DNA of 64,000 nt from a virus, in the IMG/VR virus record IMGVR_UViG_3300002835_000018; one strand, written 5' to 3'. The first letter of the stretch is position 1. The number at the start of each line of letters is the position of its first letter. The notes under the pieces are model-generated. The model was given only the letters and a program-made list of their open reading frames with translations, was not told where the DNA came from and did not search any database. The position numbers and the translations under genes are program-made. Positions 41,393 through 50,348 of this stretch are shown piece by piece.

Positions 41393-41484
41393 GAAAAAAA
41401 CTCCATCTGCCCTGCTATCGCAAGGATAAGCGGAACTCTAAAGGAATGTAATGCTGGCGATTACCAGCGGAAATAAATACACCC
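41393..41484 (-). promoter_or_regulatory. GGTGTATTTAT promoter-like motif and GC-rich structured leader of nrdJ
   Basis: Hairpins GCTGG/CCAGC (41453-41468) and GCTTATC/GATAGC, plus possible pairing with the GGAG SD. Confidence 0.45.
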
Positions 41485-41579
41485 ATGATTGTAGGTAAGA
41501 CAGATCAAAATCTTACTTATTTTTTTTATTGTGGCAAGACTATTTTGTGACTTTTAATCAAATGTTTTTTGTAGAAAAA

Positions 41580-42470
41580 TTAAGAAAAAAGATAAGCATA
41601 TTCTGAATAATCACCCCAATATTCATTTGATTCAGAAAAAACTTTTTGAAAAGTTTGAAAATGTGATGTGAATGCATAACCGTGATTTATGTGAACTGAT
41701 GGGTTTTTACAGAACCAATCTTTGTTTTTCCAGTTTAATGGTGTAAAAGCAGCTTCTTTTGAATACCAAGGCTCTAAACTTCCAGAGTTTTTCAATAACG
41801 CATTTGGAAATATGTTTTCAAAATGTTTAATGGCACTAGTAAACTTCATGGTCACTTGAGATGTTGCCCTTGCTGCACCATTTTTAGGTTGCCAACCAGA
41901 AGAACACAATCCTATATAATTAGTGTTTGATATAGAATCGCATTCAAAATCATCATATTCAAAATATCCTTCTGGATAAAGGCAATCATGTTCTAAAAAA
42001 CTAACATATTTGACATTTGTTGAATTTTTTCTTACAAAATAAAGCAAATGCAATATTTGTAAAACTTGATTTAAATGATTACTATTCTTGGTTTGAGAAA
42101 TTATTTCGCAAAATGGATTTTCTGGTATTTTATTCCATACAGATGTAATTATTCTGGCTTTTTTTTCTGATGAAATAGCCAAACTTTTTAAACTGGCATA
42201 TAAAGCTTTTTCTTTTCTTGTATCATTGTTGTTTGTATAAAAAATACCAATTCTTTCATCAAAAATTTTTGGATAAATTAAAAATTCATTTTCATTTGTT
42301 TCTAGTTTAGAGCCATCGTCAAATTCAACAATTAACTTTTTTAATACGCCATGATTTGTGTCGCCAAAAATGGCGTTGGAAACATAAATATTTAAACTAT
42401 CGTCTTTGAAAACACTTGCGACATACTCCGTTACATCTTTTGGGCCATATGTAGCCTTAACTATTTTCAT
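41580..42470 (-). CDS. SUEL-lectin/DUF3395-like domain fused to a GT-A-like domain
   Basis: IVKATYG..DVT...N..FGD...GVLKKL; VSFLEHDCLY. Confidence 0.55.
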   Translation of the reverse strand: MKIVKATYGPKDVTEYVASVFKDDSLNIYVSNAIFGDTNHGVLKKLIVEFDDGSKLETNENEFLIYPKIFDERIGIFYTNNNDTRKEKALYASLKSLAISSEKKARIITSVWNKIPENPFCEIISQTKNSNHLNQVLQILHLLYFVRKNSTNVKYVSFLEHDCLYPEGYFEYDDFECDSISNTNYIGLCSSGWQPKNGAARATSQVTMKFTSAIKHFENIFPNALLKNSGSLEPWYSKEAAFTPLNWKNKDWFCKNPSVHINHGYAFTSHFQTFQKVFSESNEYWGDYSEYAYLFS

Positions 42471-42804
42471 TGTAAACCATATCTAAAAGCGAAACTATTT
42501 CATCAACAGACAAAGATTGCATCAACTCGACTATTGTATCAGATATGATCTTAGCATGTTCTTCTGAAACATTTGCTTTTATTATTTTATTGTATAAATT
42601 TCTTCTTATAAACATTCTTACTAAAGGACCGCCATTTTTAATTATTAAAGCAACACCTTTTTTAGAAGTGCAAAACTTAAGTATGCTAATTCCATCAACA
42701 ATAAATCCAACCAACATAATGATTGTTATGATTCCAATAGCATCGTAATTTTTTATTTTTTCTGATTTTTGTAAAATTGATTTTATTTTATCATGCGACC
42801 GCAT
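42457..42804 (-). CDS. Membrane protein
   Basis: One hydrophobic segment AIGIITIIMLVGFIV; start at 42804 (GGAGA RBS) or 42819. Confidence 0.55.
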   Translation of the reverse strand: MRSHDKIKSILQKSEKIKNYDAIGIITIIMLVGFIVDGISILKFCTSKKGVALIIKNGGPLVRMFIRRNLYNKIIKANVSEEHAKIISDTIVELMQSLSVDEIVSLLDMVYNENS

Positions 42805-42818
42805 TATTTTTTTCTCCA

Positions 42819-42962
42819 TCAGGTTAAACAGTGTTGTTGTTTTACTGTTTTTTTAATTTCTTCTATTAGTTTAGAAAATGAAATTGGGTCTTTTTCTATT
42901 AATATAAATTGCTCTTTGCTTATAGTTTGATTAAACAATAAAAAAAGCACTGAGTTTAACAT
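42819..42962 (-). CDS. Small protein (47 aa) ending CLT-TGA; not in ORF track
   Basis: MLNSVLFLLFNQTISKEQFILIEKDPISFSKLIEEIKKTVKQQHCLT fills the gap between two genes. Confidence 0.5.
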   Translation of the reverse strand: MLNSVLFLLFNQTISKEQFILIEKDPISFSKLIEEIKKTVKQQHCLT

Positions 42963-42965
42963 GAT

Positions 42966-43436
42966 TTACTTTTTGTTTTTTATAATGGATTGACTTGTTC
43001 TCATTGCCCATTCAATACCAGATGTTCCACCCCAACCTAGCCATGCAACTACTGCTGGAATAGTCCAAGGCTTAGTTTTATATTCTGGTTTAGATTTTGC
43101 TTTTTTATAATTAGATCCGTGTCTATTAAATTGAGCCATTCTTTTTACTGTGTCAGCAGACAACATAGCATTTCCAGCTAAGTCTCTTGCCCTAGCCCAA
43201 CCAACAGCGGTCATGCCTTTGCACTCTTTGCCGTATTTATCTTTCCACTCTAAAACTTTTCTTGCGTTATTTCTTGCTGATTGTGGGGCATCATAAGATT
43301 CTTTTCCTATAGAAAATTGTTTTAATTTTTGATTTTTATAAGCATTAGTGCTTAAGATTAAATCTTTAATTGAATTTAAAAATTCATTGTAATCTATTTG
43401 TTGTTTTAAATGTTCATCATCTTTTTTTTTAGACAT
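42966..43436 (-). CDS. Phage hypothetical protein (GWARA/WGG domain)
   Basis: ARNNARK..W...G.TAVGWARA..LA...TVKRM..F.RH...AWLGWGG, a pattern recalled from phage proteins. Confidence 0.55.
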   Translation of the reverse strand: MSKKKDDEHLKQQIDYNEFLNSIKDLILSTNAYKNQKLKQFSIGKESYDAPQSARNNARKVLEWKDKYGKECKGMTAVGWARARDLAGNAMLSADTVKRMAQFNRHGSNYKKAKSKPEYKTKPWTIPAVVAWLGWGGTSGIEWAMRTSQSIIKNKK

Positions 43437-43445
43437 TTTTAAATC

Positions 43446-45446
43446 CTATATAAGCATGAATAGTTTTTTGTCAATTAGCTGTTCTGGAAATCCATCAAAA
43501 TTACTATATGCAAAAGTTTCGCCAGCCCTAATATGTTTTTCAGCATCTTTCTTCCTAACCCTGAGAACACCTATAGGAAGATTATCGCCAGTATCAAAGT
43601 CTTTAAGGTGACCATGAGCATCGCCCCAACTATTAACAATAATTGCATATGGGTCTTTAGCCCTATCATCAACGCCTATGAAGCACATTTGATGGCCCCA
43701 ATTATCTGTCTGGCTATGAAACCCATCAGATTCTGGTTCCATTTCATATCCTACATCACTAGCAGTGGTGCAAGGATATCCATTAACAATAGCCTCAACC
43801 AATTGATCCCAACTTTTAATTTTCGCAGCAGACTTTACTGGGTGTTTAGTTCCTTCTTCAATAAACTTTTTATCTGGTCCTGGCGTATCACCCCATTTTT
43901 TAGCTACGCTTCCAGCATACTTAGGAACACCATCAAAACCACTACGCAAAACCCCATATTTAATAACAGCATCTGCCATCCAACTCCCAAGAGAACCATC
44001 TTCACCATTCAATTGTCCACGACCAACAAGAACTCTTCCTGTTCCATAAAGATATGGAGGAAAGACAGGTTCAAATTTTTCGTGATCGCCTTTCATAAGT
44101 TTTTCAGTAGCCATTAAGTATTCAACAGCATTTTTAGCACCAAAACTTACACAGTTATGTTGAGCAATACCATTAGCTATTAAAGTATGCTCTCCTTCAA
44201 CAGTAATACAAAAAACTGGAAAGTCTGAAACTTGTTTTCTAGATATGTTAGTTATCTTTCTGGCAAAACCAAATGGTGTTTTATGGATCTTTAATGCTTT
44301 GGGTTTGGTTACTTCATATGCACCTAAAGATAATGCATCAAAACCATATAGATCCATTTGACCAGCAGCAACAGTTTGATGAGAAGCTTTCTTTCTTTTT
44401 AATGTCATAGGGTTAAGATTACAAGACAAGCATAATCTAGATAAATCATTCAACAAAGAATCAGATGCTGTTACCCCAATAATTCTTGTTGCTCTTTTAC
44501 TAAAATGACCATCTCCATCTATCCATCCTCTAATGCAAGATATCTTTACAGTTAATGGGCTATTAAATATAAAAGATGGAACTGTTTTAGAGTAAGTATT
44601 ATTGGGAATTAACTGCTTAATAAAAGTAGCTAATTTTGTGTTATGTATTTCTACTAACAAAACATTTTGTTTTTTCTTGTGGTAATATTTTTTAGCTTCT
44701 AATCCAAATACATTTTTAGTTATAGCTATAATTTCTTCCGCAAAAAGTTCTTCATTAATGTTAAAATTAAATGTTATTTTATTGTATTTGCCATTAATAG
44801 CTGTTTTAGTCTTAGAACAACCACCTTCTGCTAAATATAAACCTATAAATCTTGCAAGATTTTCGTCTACCTTTATAGATTTTCCATTAAAACCTATGTG
44901 TTGATATTCAGAAGATTGAACACCAAAAGGCAAAAGAAGATAGTCACCTTTAGAATAGTCTTTAAATTTCTTTTTTCCAAAACCATCAAATTTAAATCTA
45001 TATCCATTATATGGCATAAATAAAGCATCATGCGTTTCTGTTGCGGTTATAGTGCGATTCCAACCCTTAACCTTTAAGGTAACTAGATCGCCAGTAAATC
45101 GTTTGCGAACTAGTCCTATAACTTTTCTAGGCTGGTTTATATGATTTAGTACATACTCGCCTTCAGATATATCTTCTACGCTCTTCTCTGTACCATCAGC
45201 CATGCAAACTTTAGTACCAGCCACATAACAATCACCAATCTCTTGAGCGTAATTAGGCGTATCATTACCAAGCACTTTACGAACAACATCGTACAACATC
45301 ATCTTTTTGCCTTTAGTGTCTTGGCTTTTGCCATAAACATTAAAGTCTCTAAATGATCCATTATCTTTGATTAAATTAAATTCACTTTCAACAAGCGAAG
45401 GATTGTCTTTTCCTGCCCAACCATTAATCTTTGATAGTTCAAACAT
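43446..45446 (-). CDS. Papain-like (C1) cysteine peptidase containing an intein
   Basis: QEIGD/CVSFG (oxyanion Gln and catalytic Cys), WGHQMCFIG (His), IVNSWG (Asn). Confidence 0.85.
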   Translation of the reverse strand: MFELSKINGWAGKDNPSLVESEFNLIKDNGSFRDFNVYGKSQDTKGKKMMLYDVVRKVLGNDTPNYAQEIGDCYVAGTKVCMADGTEKSVEDISEGEYVLNHINQPRKVIGLVRKRFTGDLVTLKVKGWNRTITATETHDALFMPYNGYRFKFDGFGKKKFKDYSKGDYLLLPFGVQSSEYQHIGFNGKSIKVDENLARFIGLYLAEGGCSKTKTAINGKYNKITFNFNINEELFAEEIIAITKNVFGLEAKKYYHKKKQNVLLVEIHNTKLATFIKQLIPNNTYSKTVPSFIFNSPLTVKISCIRGWIDGDGHFSKRATRIIGVTASDSLLNDLSRLCLSCNLNPMTLKRKKASHQTVAAGQMDLYGFDALSLGAYEVTKPKALKIHKTPFGFARKITNISRKQVSDFPVFCITVEGEHTLIANGIAQHNCVSFGAKNAVEYLMATEKLMKGDHEKFEPVFPPYLYGTGRVLVGRGQLNGEDGSLGSWMADAVIKYGVLRSGFDGVPKYAGSVAKKWGDTPGPDKKFIEEGTKHPVKSAAKIKSWDQLVEAIVNGYPCTTASDVGYEMEPESDGFHSQTDNWGHQMCFIGVDDRAKDPYAIIVNSWGDAHGHLKDFDTGDNLPIGVLRVRKKDAEKHIRAGETFAYSNFDGFPEQLIDKKLFMLI
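44154..45230 (-). mobile_element. Class 1 intein, 359 aa, with apparently intact LAGLIDADG homing endonuclease
   Basis: CYVAGTKV start; TETH block B; FIGLYLAEG and IRGWIDGDG; ends ANGIAQHN followed by Cys. Confidence 0.95.
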
Positions 45447-45453
45447 GTTTCAC

Positions 45454-46233
45454 CTATTTTATTGATTTAAGTCCAAATGATATTTCTCTCCACGCAATAG
45501 CAAAATCTTCTTTGGTTTGCATTTTACTAGTTTTATATAAATCAAAAAGCTTTTCTTGTATTTCTGTAAATAATGGTTCCCACTTTGTTCTATCTCCACC
45601 AGATTTTGTTAATGCTAATTTATTTGATTCTGCGGTTTTTTTCAGTATGTCTTCAAGTGTTGCAATTGTTCCAGCAGCAATAGCAGCAGCCATACTATCA
45701 AAAGATGTTGCAATAGCAGTAGATTGTTTTATCTTATCTGTTTTTGATAGCTTGATATTTTTAACAGAATCATAAACAAATTTAGAAAGTTGATATTTTG
45801 ACTCTCCAAATTCTGGTTCAACTTCTGGCTCTGATGGAGTATCAGGTTCTGGTTCGCCAATAAAAACATCTGTTGAAATAAAATTGGTTCTAGTGGCTGC
45901 TTCTAAAAGTTTTTCATTATCTTTAACTACATATAAATGCGTTATTGAAACAATAACTTTAAGTCTTTTTGCTTGTATACCAGAACCAAAGAAAACGCCA
46001 TTTTCATAGTTACGAATTCTTTTTTCTGTATAACCATCAAAAACTTTCCATGCGTATGTGGTTGAAACTAAAAACTTTGGTGCGGATTGAATTGGGCTTA
46101 TAGACAAATCTACAAGCTCACCTAATGGAATAGGAACTTCTGCCCCAATAATTTTTTGTTCTGGAATTATAAAGTTTTCTGCAAAAGTAAAATTGCAAAA
46201 CACCAACAAAAAAAACAGCGATTTCTTAAACAT
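45454..46233 (-). CDS. Secreted protein with signal peptide and Pro/Glu linker
   Basis: MFKKSLFFLLVFCNFTFA signal; EPEPDTPSEPEVEPE linker. Confidence 0.65.
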   Translation of the reverse strand: MFKKSLFFLLVFCNFTFAENFIIPEQKIIGAEVPIPLGELVDLSISPIQSAPKFLVSTTYAWKVFDGYTEKRIRNYENGVFFGSGIQAKRLKVIVSITHLYVVKDNEKLLEAATRTNFISTDVFIGEPEPDTPSEPEVEPEFGESKYQLSKFVYDSVKNIKLSKTDKIKQSTAIATSFDSMAAAIAAGTIATLEDILKKTAESNKLALTKSGGDRTKWEPLFTEIQEKLFDLYKTSKMQTKEDFAIAWREISFGLKSIK

Positions 46234-46249
46234 GTTAATTTCCTATAAT

Positions 46250-46393
46250 TTACTTATTGGTTTTATCAATAAAACATTCTTTACTATGCTTATGTTTTTT
46301 TAAACTATCTGAAACATAAAACAATACAAATATTATTGCTAAAATAATAGCTATTACAACATTAGAAACAAATTTAACTAGAAACTTAAACAC
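46250..46393 (-). CDS. Small single-TM protein (47 aa, not in ORF track)
   Basis: GTG start overlaps the upstream TAG; MFKFLVKFVSNVVIAIILAIIFVLFYVSDSLKKHKH... Confidence 0.5.
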   Translation of the reverse strand: MFKFLVKFVSNVVIAIILAIIFVLFYVSDSLKKHKHSKECFIDKTNK

Positions 46394-46653
46394 TAGTATT
46401 TGCCTTGAGCAGTCCTAGCAGCAAGGATAAAATCTTCTGCTTTAATTTGACTAAGGTCACCATCAAATTTATTGATCAAAAAAGTTAAAGCAGTAACAAA
46501 CCAAGGTTCTTCAGCAATTTTAACAATTTGAGCGACAACCTTATCATCTGATTCACCAGGAATGATTGTGGAAACCCACTTTAAAGTAGAAACAATAATA
46601 GCTACAGATTTTGCAACTTGATCAGGGCTAAAACTTTTTACAACATCAGACAT
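46393..46653 (-). CDS. Small amphipathic/membrane-associated protein
   Basis: 86 aa; strong RBS AAGGAGA; TTGTATTTAT motif upstream. Confidence 0.6.
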   Translation of the reverse strand: MSDVVKSFSPDQVAKSVAIIVSTLKWVSTIIPGESDDKVVAQIVKIAEEPWFVTALTFLINKFDGDLSQIKAEDFILAARTAQGKY

Positions 46654-46692
46654 AATAAAATCTCCTTTTGAGTAATGGATAAATACAATATA

Positions 46693-47280
46693 TCAATCAT
46701 TTTTCCAACTGCAAGCCAATATGTTTAAATTTTTATTCAATTCTGTTTCTTTTTTTACATCTTCAATATTTTCACTGCCAACAGTTTTTAATTCACCGTT
46801 CTTTTCTAAAAGAACTGCCCAAAATTTATATTTATTTTTTAAAACTTTTATCAATGCTTTAAGTGCAATATTTTTATTCTTTGATTCTTTCTCTTCGGTT
46901 AAAAGCTTTTCTATATTAGTTTGAACATCTGAATCGTCAAAAAGATTTGCTACACCTAACCAAAATCTATATCTTGTCCATATTCGTAAAACTTCTACTC
47001 CAGCAACAGATTCTATTTTTTCTTTAACTGTATCGGTTATTTCAAAGTTACAATGTCCAACCCAAAGTTTATAAAGCTTTGCTGTAACAGCATTTTCATT
47101 TAATGGTAAAAGACCATAAGGACCGACAACTAATCTAACATGCCTTTCTTCAGAATCATCAAATTCTTTAAAGCTATCTTTATGAGATTTTGTTTCAAGA
47201 TCAATGTCTTCTTTGTTTGGCGTAAGTGGATCTTCCCACTTTAACCACTGTATTTTTTTAATCATTCTTTCTGTCCGCAA
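46693..47280 (-). CDS. Hypothetical protein
   Basis: WLKWEDP, WVGHCNF, GVEVLRIWTRYRF. Confidence 0.6.
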   Translation of the reverse strand: MRTERMIKKIQWLKWEDPLTPNKEDIDLETKSHKDSFKEFDDSEERHVRLVVGPYGLLPLNENAVTAKLYKLWVGHCNFEITDTVKEKIESVAGVEVLRIWTRYRFWLGVANLFDDSDVQTNIEKLLTEEKESKNKNIALKALIKVLKNKYKFWAVLLEKNGELKTVGSENIEDVKKETELNKNLNILACSWKND

Positions 47281-48061
47281 ATTTTCTGTATTGTAGCCAC
47301 CCTAAGAAATTACCGCTATAGGTATCAGACGATGTAGGAGTAGCACAATGCTCAAAAGGACTCCAATGACCTTCATTCATTAATCTGTCATGAAGATCAT
47401 AATCTTTTTCATTATCTATTTTGCCTTCAAAATTAAGATAGCTAACTCTAGCACAACGAGCCACACTTATTTTAAGCATTTTTTCTATTGGTATACCATC
47501 ATCTACATAAGCATCGCCAAATGGAATGTGCCAATCGCCAAAATTTTTAATCTTGGGAGTTGATTCATCTAATACGGTTTTCATTTTTGTTGCTAATTCA
47601 CATATTTCTGGTTGTGCATCAGGACTTATTCTTAATTTAAAAAAATTATCCCATTCTGTAGAAGTAACAATTGTTGTTATGTGCGAAAATGGCTCTAATA
47701 TTCTATTGGCTATGCTTTTGTGAACACCAAGTTCTTTTAGTAATGCACATTTTTTAATAACAAACTCTGCTGCTTCTTCCCAAACATGATTACACATGAC
47801 TTCTTTGTTATGATCTAATCTTTCGCCAGATGACATTCCCTTTTGGTTTTTTGCCCAAACACTTGGTTTTGCCATATCTTCTTTAATATCATCAATCATT
47901 TTATCAACTGGTATAGCTCGGCTACTACTGGCATTTCTAGAAAAGATTCTATGTGTCATAAACTCAGAATGTATAAATCTTGGATATTTAATAACCATAG
48001 TGGTTATTCTTCTATCGTGAATAGATATGGAATCTGAAATTATTTTTGCTTCTATCGTCAT
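47258..48061 (-). CDS. thyX: FAD-dependent thymidylate synthase
   Basis: EFMTHRIFSRNASSSRAIP, ANRILEP, FFKLR...AQPEI, GHWSPFEH. Confidence 0.85.
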   Translation of the reverse strand: MTIEAKIISDSISIHDRRITTMVIKYPRFIHSEFMTHRIFSRNASSSRAIPVDKMIDDIKEDMAKPSVWAKNQKGMSSGERLDHNKEVMCNHVWEEAAEFVIKKCALLKELGVHKSIANRILEPFSHITTIVTSTEWDNFFKLRISPDAQPEICELATKMKTVLDESTPKIKNFGDWHIPFGDAYVDDGIPIEKMLKISVARCARVSYLNFEGKIDNEKDYDLHDRLMNEGHWSPFEHCATPTSSDTYSGNFLGWLQYRKFADRKND

Positions 48062-48444
48062 TATTTTTCCTTAAAAACAAATGCCTCGCTTGGAAGAACC
48101 AATGGCTTTTCATCTGATGTAACTAAAAAATTAGAAAGCATTTTTTTAATTATTAAATCAGATAAGCCTTTATCGTCAGCAATAATTCCACCTTCAACAA
48201 CACCATGTATTATTGATGTCATCATACTTCCAGTTTGTAAAGAAGAAAGAAAAGATGCTGTTTTTTCAGATAAAACAGACTTTTCTTCTTTGTCTATTGC
48301 TTCTGGAAATATAAAAGTTGTTATAATATCACTTGAATTTACATCAAAAATTATTTTTATATTTTTCATATTATCTGTTGTATAGGTTGTTAAAACAGTG
48401 AATAACCTGAGATATATAGTCCTCTTCAAAATTTTCTGATTCAA
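48061..48444 (-). CDS. Hypothetical protein
   Basis: Likely start at the internal MKNIK. Confidence 0.5.
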   Translation of the reverse strand: MNQKILKRTIYLRLFTVLTTYTTDNMKNIKIIFDVNSSDIITTFIFPEAIDKEEKSVLSEKTASFLSSLQTGSMMTSIIHGVVEGGIIADDKGLSDLIIKKMLSNFLVTSDEKPLVLPSEAFVFKEK

Positions 48445-48769
48445 GAATAGAACTCATTTTTACAGCTTCATAAGTTTTAACAACTATATTGTCTGGAAGC
48501 TTACACATATAAACAAAGCTGTATTTTTTATTTGATACTATGGTTCCAGATAAAAATAAATTGATCCAACCAAAACCTCTTTTGTCTATTGGTTGAACAC
48601 CAGTAATTGATTTAAATGATGCATTAACAAATTTATCAACATCATAATCATCGTCTTTCATTTGAAAACTTGGCAATTCATAATTTCCATTTTCGTTTTT
48701 TGAAAATAGAATTGATGGCTCTTTTTCGTCTTCTGTTTTGCACATTAAAAATGATATTGTTAAATTCAT
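48371..48769 (-). CDS. Degenerate NUDIX-fold-like protein
   Basis: SILFSKNENGNYELP...FKSITG resembles a NUDIX N-terminus without the REUxEE box. Confidence 0.35.
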   Translation of the reverse strand: MNLTISFLMCKTEDEKEPSILFSKNENGNYELPSFQMKDDDYDVDKFVNASFKSITGVQPIDKRGFGWINLFLSGTIVSNKKYSFVYMCKLPDNIVVKTYEAVKMSSILESENFEEDYISQVIHCFNNLYNR

Positions 48770-49830
48770 AATTCACCAATTATTGTTTCACAAGATTTTT
48801 CCCAAGTGTTTTCGCTAAAGTAATTTATGCCTTTAGAGTTTATTTTTAAATCACCCTTTTGTTTTTTCTCATGGATGCTTCTTAGTGCAGAAGAAAATTC
48901 TTCTACATATTTTTTTCCAAGTTTAGCCCATTCTGCTGAACCATCAAACCATTTTCCATCGTAAGCACTTTCCATACCTTCTGGATTAATTAAAATCGCA
49001 CCAGCATCATTAGCAAATTCTGTTGGACCAGAATAATTTGTAGCAATACAATGTTTGCCCATTGACAACATCTCAGAAAGTTCTAAGTTCCAAGCTTCTG
49101 CACGATATGGAAATATGCCAACATCAGAACCATGCATAAGCCTATTAACATCTGCTTGAGATTTTAATCTTTCTTTTAAAACAATTATCTTATCAAAATA
49201 TTTACTTTTTTCAAAAAATGAAATCCAGTGATTTTGTTCTTCTTGTGACAAAAATGGATTAGAGCAACACATTATAAGTTTGAAATCATCATCTTTATCA
49301 AAAGTTTTTTCTATAATATCTATGATGAGATCATGGCCTTTCCTTATTTCCCACTTACCAACACAAACTATTTTGGTTGTTTTTTTATCATCTATTTTAG
49401 ATTCTGGAAAAACTACTTTATCTACACCAAGTTTTACAACTACTATTTTTGAACTTTCCAAACCAGAATTTATAAGAACATCTTTTGCCCAAGAGGATGT
49501 AACAAAAACTTTTTCTAAAAATTTTAAGTGGTGAACTTCATTTTCTTTTATTTTATTAGTTTCAAAAAATGTTAAACCAAACTTTTTACCATTTCCAACA
49601 TGGGATGCCATATCAAACTGATGCCATATTTTTAAACTTGGTGCTGTGTAGTTAAATGTTTTTGTTTTTTCAATAGAAGACCTTAAGATATCATGTTTTG
49701 ATTCTTCGCAATCTACTGGCCCAATTGGCCATAGTGCTACATTATGATTTTTTTGTAAATTTAAAAAAACATTTAAACCAACGACACCATACCCAAGCTG
49801 ATTTATTGGGCAACTGAGATTTATATCCAT
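48766..49830 (-). CDS. Glycosyltransferase family 4
   Basis: LGYG, GKWEIRKG, FPYRAEAWNLELSEMLSMG; AAGGAGG RBS before ATG 49830. Confidence 0.85.
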   Translation of the reverse strand: MDINLSCPINQLGYGVVGLNVFLNLQKNHNVALWPIGPVDCEESKHDILRSSIEKTKTFNYTAPSLKIWHQFDMASHVGNGKKFGLTFFETNKIKENEVHHLKFLEKVFVTSSWAKDVLINSGLESSKIVVVKLGVDKVVFPESKIDDKKTTKIVCVGKWEIRKGHDLIIDIIEKTFDKDDDFKLIMCCSNPFLSQEEQNHWISFFEKSKYFDKIIVLKERLKSQADVNRLMHGSDVGIFPYRAEAWNLELSEMLSMGKHCIATNYSGPTEFANDAGAILINPEGMESAYDGKWFDGSAEWAKLGKKYVEEFSSALRSIHEKKQKGDLKINSKGINYFSENTWEKSCETIIGEL

Positions 49831-49855
49831 AGTATCCTCCTTATGCAAATCAAAC

Positions 49856-50029
49856 TTATTTGTTTGTAGTCCTCATTTTTTCAAAAACAACTATCTTAGT
49901 ATATCCTTGTAACTCTAATGATAAAGCTTTTTTTTCTGCTCTTTGCCAATAAATTTCTTCGTACTCTGCTATTTTTATTCTTGTTTTGCCATTAGGCTCT
50001 GTTGCCCAAACTTCAAAATAAGTTTGCAT
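49856..50029 (-). CDS. Small protein (57 aa, not in ORF track)
   Basis: AAGGAGGT RBS; MQTYFEVWATEPNGKTRIKIAEYEEIYWQRAEKKALSLELQGYTKIVVFEKMRTTNK. Confidence 0.65.
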   Translation of the reverse strand: MQTYFEVWATEPNGKTRIKIAEYEEIYWQRAEKKALSLELQGYTKIVVFEKMRTTNK

Positions 50030-50080
50030 GGGATACCTCCTTTAAAAAGGATAAAGCCCATGTATAAATACCCCTAACTA

Positions 50081-50347
50081 TTAGCTATATATAAACTTGG
50101 ATAGCTTTAGACCAATCACTTCCTTGATAATTTTTCTAATTATTAGATTTTTTATAGTATCTTCTATTTCTATACTTGAATAAATAAGGCTACCGTGTTC
50201 CTTTTTTACTTGAGAAACAACTAAGGAACGCAAATTTTCTTCAGATGTTAATTCATCTTCAACTAAAGAGTTATAAATAAAACTCTCAAGCTCATTGTAT
50301 ATTTTAAAATCTACAGCGTTTTTTACTTTTGTATAGTGATTTTTCAT
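50081..50347 (-). CDS. Hypothetical protein
   Basis: 88 aa, in operon. Confidence 0.5.
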   Translation of the reverse strand: MKNHYTKVKNAVDFKIYNELESFIYNSLVEDELTSEENLRSLVVSQVKKEHGSLIYSSIEIEDTIKNLIIRKIIKEVIGLKLSKFIYS

Positions 50348-50348
50348 T

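Noticed and set aside
41393-41579. Cobalamin riboswitch upstream of nrdJ
   Set aside because: The B12-box and other core motifs are not recognisable and the leader is short; it is kept only as an unclassified structured leader.
43533-44117. 194 aa + strand ORF and other antisense ORFs in the track (e.g. 23354..23869, 62256..62690, 19520..19855)
   Set aside because: These are shadows of well-supported genes on the opposite strand, with no motifs or RBS.
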